Of a DNA stretch of 52,582 nucleotides, positions 50,944 through 52,582 are shown piece after piece. Under the pieces are notes generated by a model. The model was not told the origin of the DNA and did no database searches. It was given only the letters and a program-made list of their open reading frames with translations. The stretch is from Candidatus Saccharimonadota bacterium. Lineage in GTDB: Bacteria > Patescibacteriota > Saccharimonadia > Saccharimonadales > JAQGHD01. The stretch's first letter is position 1; the number at the start of each line of letters is the position of its first letter. The translations under genes and the position numbers were made by a program. Where the stretch lies: positions 1 to 52,582 of the forward strand of contig JAQGHD010000027.1 of NCBI GenBank assembly GCA_028288965.1, in the 5' to 3' direction.

Positions 50944-51807
50944 ATGCAAAAGATAATTCTATTTTATACCTTCGTGCCGGTGCCGGATCCTCAGACGGTG
51001 ATGTTTTGGCAGCGGAACTTATGCGAGCGCCTCAATCTGCGGGGCCGGATTATTATCTCCACTCAGGGTATTAACGGTACACTGGGCGGTGACATGGACG
51101 ATGTGAAACGCTACATCCGCGACATGAACAAGCATCCCTTGTTTAAAGGTACTCAGTACAAATGGAGCGATGGCGTGCGCGAGGATTTCCCGCGCTTGTC
51201 CGTAAAAGTTCGTGACGAGTTGGTGACGCTGGCACCTGGCGAGCAGTTTGACGTGTTCAACAGTACCCGCGGACTCAAGCCTAAAGCCTGGCATAAATAC
51301 CTAGAAGACCATCCCGACGCCATTGTGCTTGATGCTCGTAACGATTACGAGAGTGACATTGGCGCCTTTAAGGCCAAGAACGTTATTAAGCCGCGTATCA
51401 AAAACTTTCGGGACATCAAGCCGGAACTAGACAAGCTCCCCAAGGACCAACCAGTTTTAACCTACTGTACTGGTGACATTCGCTGCGAATACCTGAGTGC
51501 CTACATGAAGCATAAAGGCTTTGACGAGGTCTACCACCTGGACGGCGGTATTGTAAAATACGGCCAAGAATTTGGCGACGATGGCCTATGGGAAGGCAAG
51601 TGTTTTGTATTTGATGACCGGCTCAATCTGGCCTTTAGTGATCAGGCCAAGGACATTGGCGAGTGTGTGCACTGTGGCGGCCCCACCAGTAACCACGAAA
51701 ACTGTGCCAATAAGGCATGCAATCGACTGGTGCTCATCTGTAAAGACTGTATTGATTCCGAAGTTGGCCAATATTGCGAACTAGAGGTTGAGCTGCATGA
51801 AGCTTAG
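50944..51807 (+). CDS. trhO: Rhodanese-domain tRNA hydroxylase (UPF0176)
   Basis: GINGT, LDARNDYE..IG.F, YCTGDIRCE, LDGGIVKY and WEGKCFVFD.R. Confidence 0.9.
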   Translation: MQKIILFYTFVPVPDPQTVMFWQRNLCERLNLRGRIIISTQGINGTLGGDMDDVKRYIRDMNKHPLFKGTQYKWSDGVREDFPRLSVKVRDELVTLAPGEQFDVFNSTRGLKPKAWHKYLEDHPDAIVLDARNDYESDIGAFKAKNVIKPRIKNFRDIKPELDKLPKDQPVLTYCTGDIRCEYLSAYMKHKGFDEVYHLDGGIVKYGQEFGDDGLWEGKCFVFDDRLNLAFSDQAKDIGECVHCGGPTSNHENCANKACNRLVLICKDCIDSEVGQYCELEVELHEA

Positions 51808-52048
51808 CAAACAAATCGGGCCTGATATTGAGCAAATACCAGGCGGTGTTGGTCCCGGTTTGCGAGAACAGTGGCGCCAGGAAAAAGAAGTCATTGGTAT
51901 GGCGGCTTTAGCTATTGGTACGTTCGCTGTAGCAGCAGCTTCGATGCATGTTGATACGTTTTTCATTAACTTAGCCGCAGAGCCTATAATACAAGTAGCC
52001 CGCAGCGTCTCCGAAACTATTCATATCAGCCCGTCGCCGTCATATTGA
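51800..52048 (+). CDS. Small hypothetical membrane protein
   Basis: ATG overlaps the trhO end; one hydrophobic segment. Confidence 0.4.
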   Translation, partial: KLSKQIGPDIEQIPGGVGPGLREQWRQEKEVIGMAALAIGTFAVAAASMHVDTFFINLAAEPIIQVARSVSETIHISPSPSY

Positions 52049-52081
52049 GGGTGACGAGGGACTATCTGTCATAATATAGGC

Positions 52082-52582
52082 ATGACGGAAAAGTTGGAAA
52101 AAAAGTTGCAAGACCTGCCTAAACAGCCCGGCGTTTATTTTCATAAGAATAAACGTGGCAAGATTATTTACGTAGGCAAAGCGGCGGTGCTGCGCAACCG
52201 GGTGCGGCAGTATTTTCAAGCTAGCCGCGGGCGTGATGCCAAAACCGAAGCCCTGGTGGCCGAGATTGCCGACGTGGATTGGATTACGGTAGAGAGCGAA
52301 CTCGACGCTCTGTTTTTAGAAGCCGAGATGATCCGGCGCTACATGCCACCCTACAACATTTTGCTGCGCGATGATAAATCGATGAGTTATATTCGGATTA
52401 GTTACGATAGCGATTATCCCACCGTTACCACCACTCGCCGCCCGTTGGACGACGGCGCTAAATATTTTGGCCCGTACCTTTCAACCATGAGCGTGCGCCA
52501 AGCGCTAAAATTACTGCGGCGAATTTTTCCGTACGCCACCACTCGCACGCCAAATCAAAAACGTGCCACACTCTATTATCAT
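52082..52582 (+). CDS. uvrC: Excinuclease ABC subunit C (3'-truncated by window edge)
   Basis: My translation from ATG 52082 gives MTEKLEKKLQDLPKQPGVYFHK..IIYVGKAAVLRNRVRQYFQ (GIY-YIG), plus PPYNILLRDDK and YFGPY. Confidence 0.93.
   Translation, partial: MTEKLEKKLQDLPKQPGVYFHKNKRGKIIYVGKAAVLRNRVRQYFQASRGRDAKTEALVAEIADVDWITVESELDALFLEAEMIRRYMPPYNILLRDDKSMSYIRISYDSDYPTVTTTRRPLDDGAKYFGPYLSTMSVRQALKLLRRIFPYATTRTPNQKRATLYYH

Overview
A 52.6-kb chromosomal segment that most likely comes from a Patescibacteria (CPR) bacterium, probably Saccharibacteria/TM7. This assignment is inferred from short AlaS/MetG forms, exonuclease I, an FtsA-like + baseplate-J-like gene pair and mostly near-leaderless genes. 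The housekeeping backbone is metG, tatD, iscS, mnmA, alaS, ruvX, mltG, obgE, sbcB, uvrA, rplY, trhO and uvrC. Two blocks interrupt it. (1) A 7.6-kb NAD-salvage/ADP-ribose recycling island lies between metG and tatD (Nudix, pncB, pncA, ADP-ribosylglycohydrolase, nrtR, nadE, nadD) and carries five visible NrtR-type boxes. (2) A 12.6-kb block between iscS and mnmA is the best candidate for an undescribed system. It holds a divergent F1-like ATPase operon (b-, delta-, alpha-, gamma-, beta- and truncated epsilon-like genes) with no subunit a in the window. It is headed by a protein whose C-terminal hairpin resembles subunit c (AIGRNP loop, no carboxylate at the canonical position) fused to a large extracellular domain, and is followed by secreted WxL/pilin-like paralogs, a DUF916-like partner and membrane-anchored fibre/Ig-like proteins. 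Also seen: a Met-rich leader peptide before metG, a three-copy palindromic intergenic repeat, several long intergenic hairpins (candidate ncRNAs) and a motif-degenerate convergent pyrF/pyrE-like pair. All family calls come from motif recognition, not database searches.
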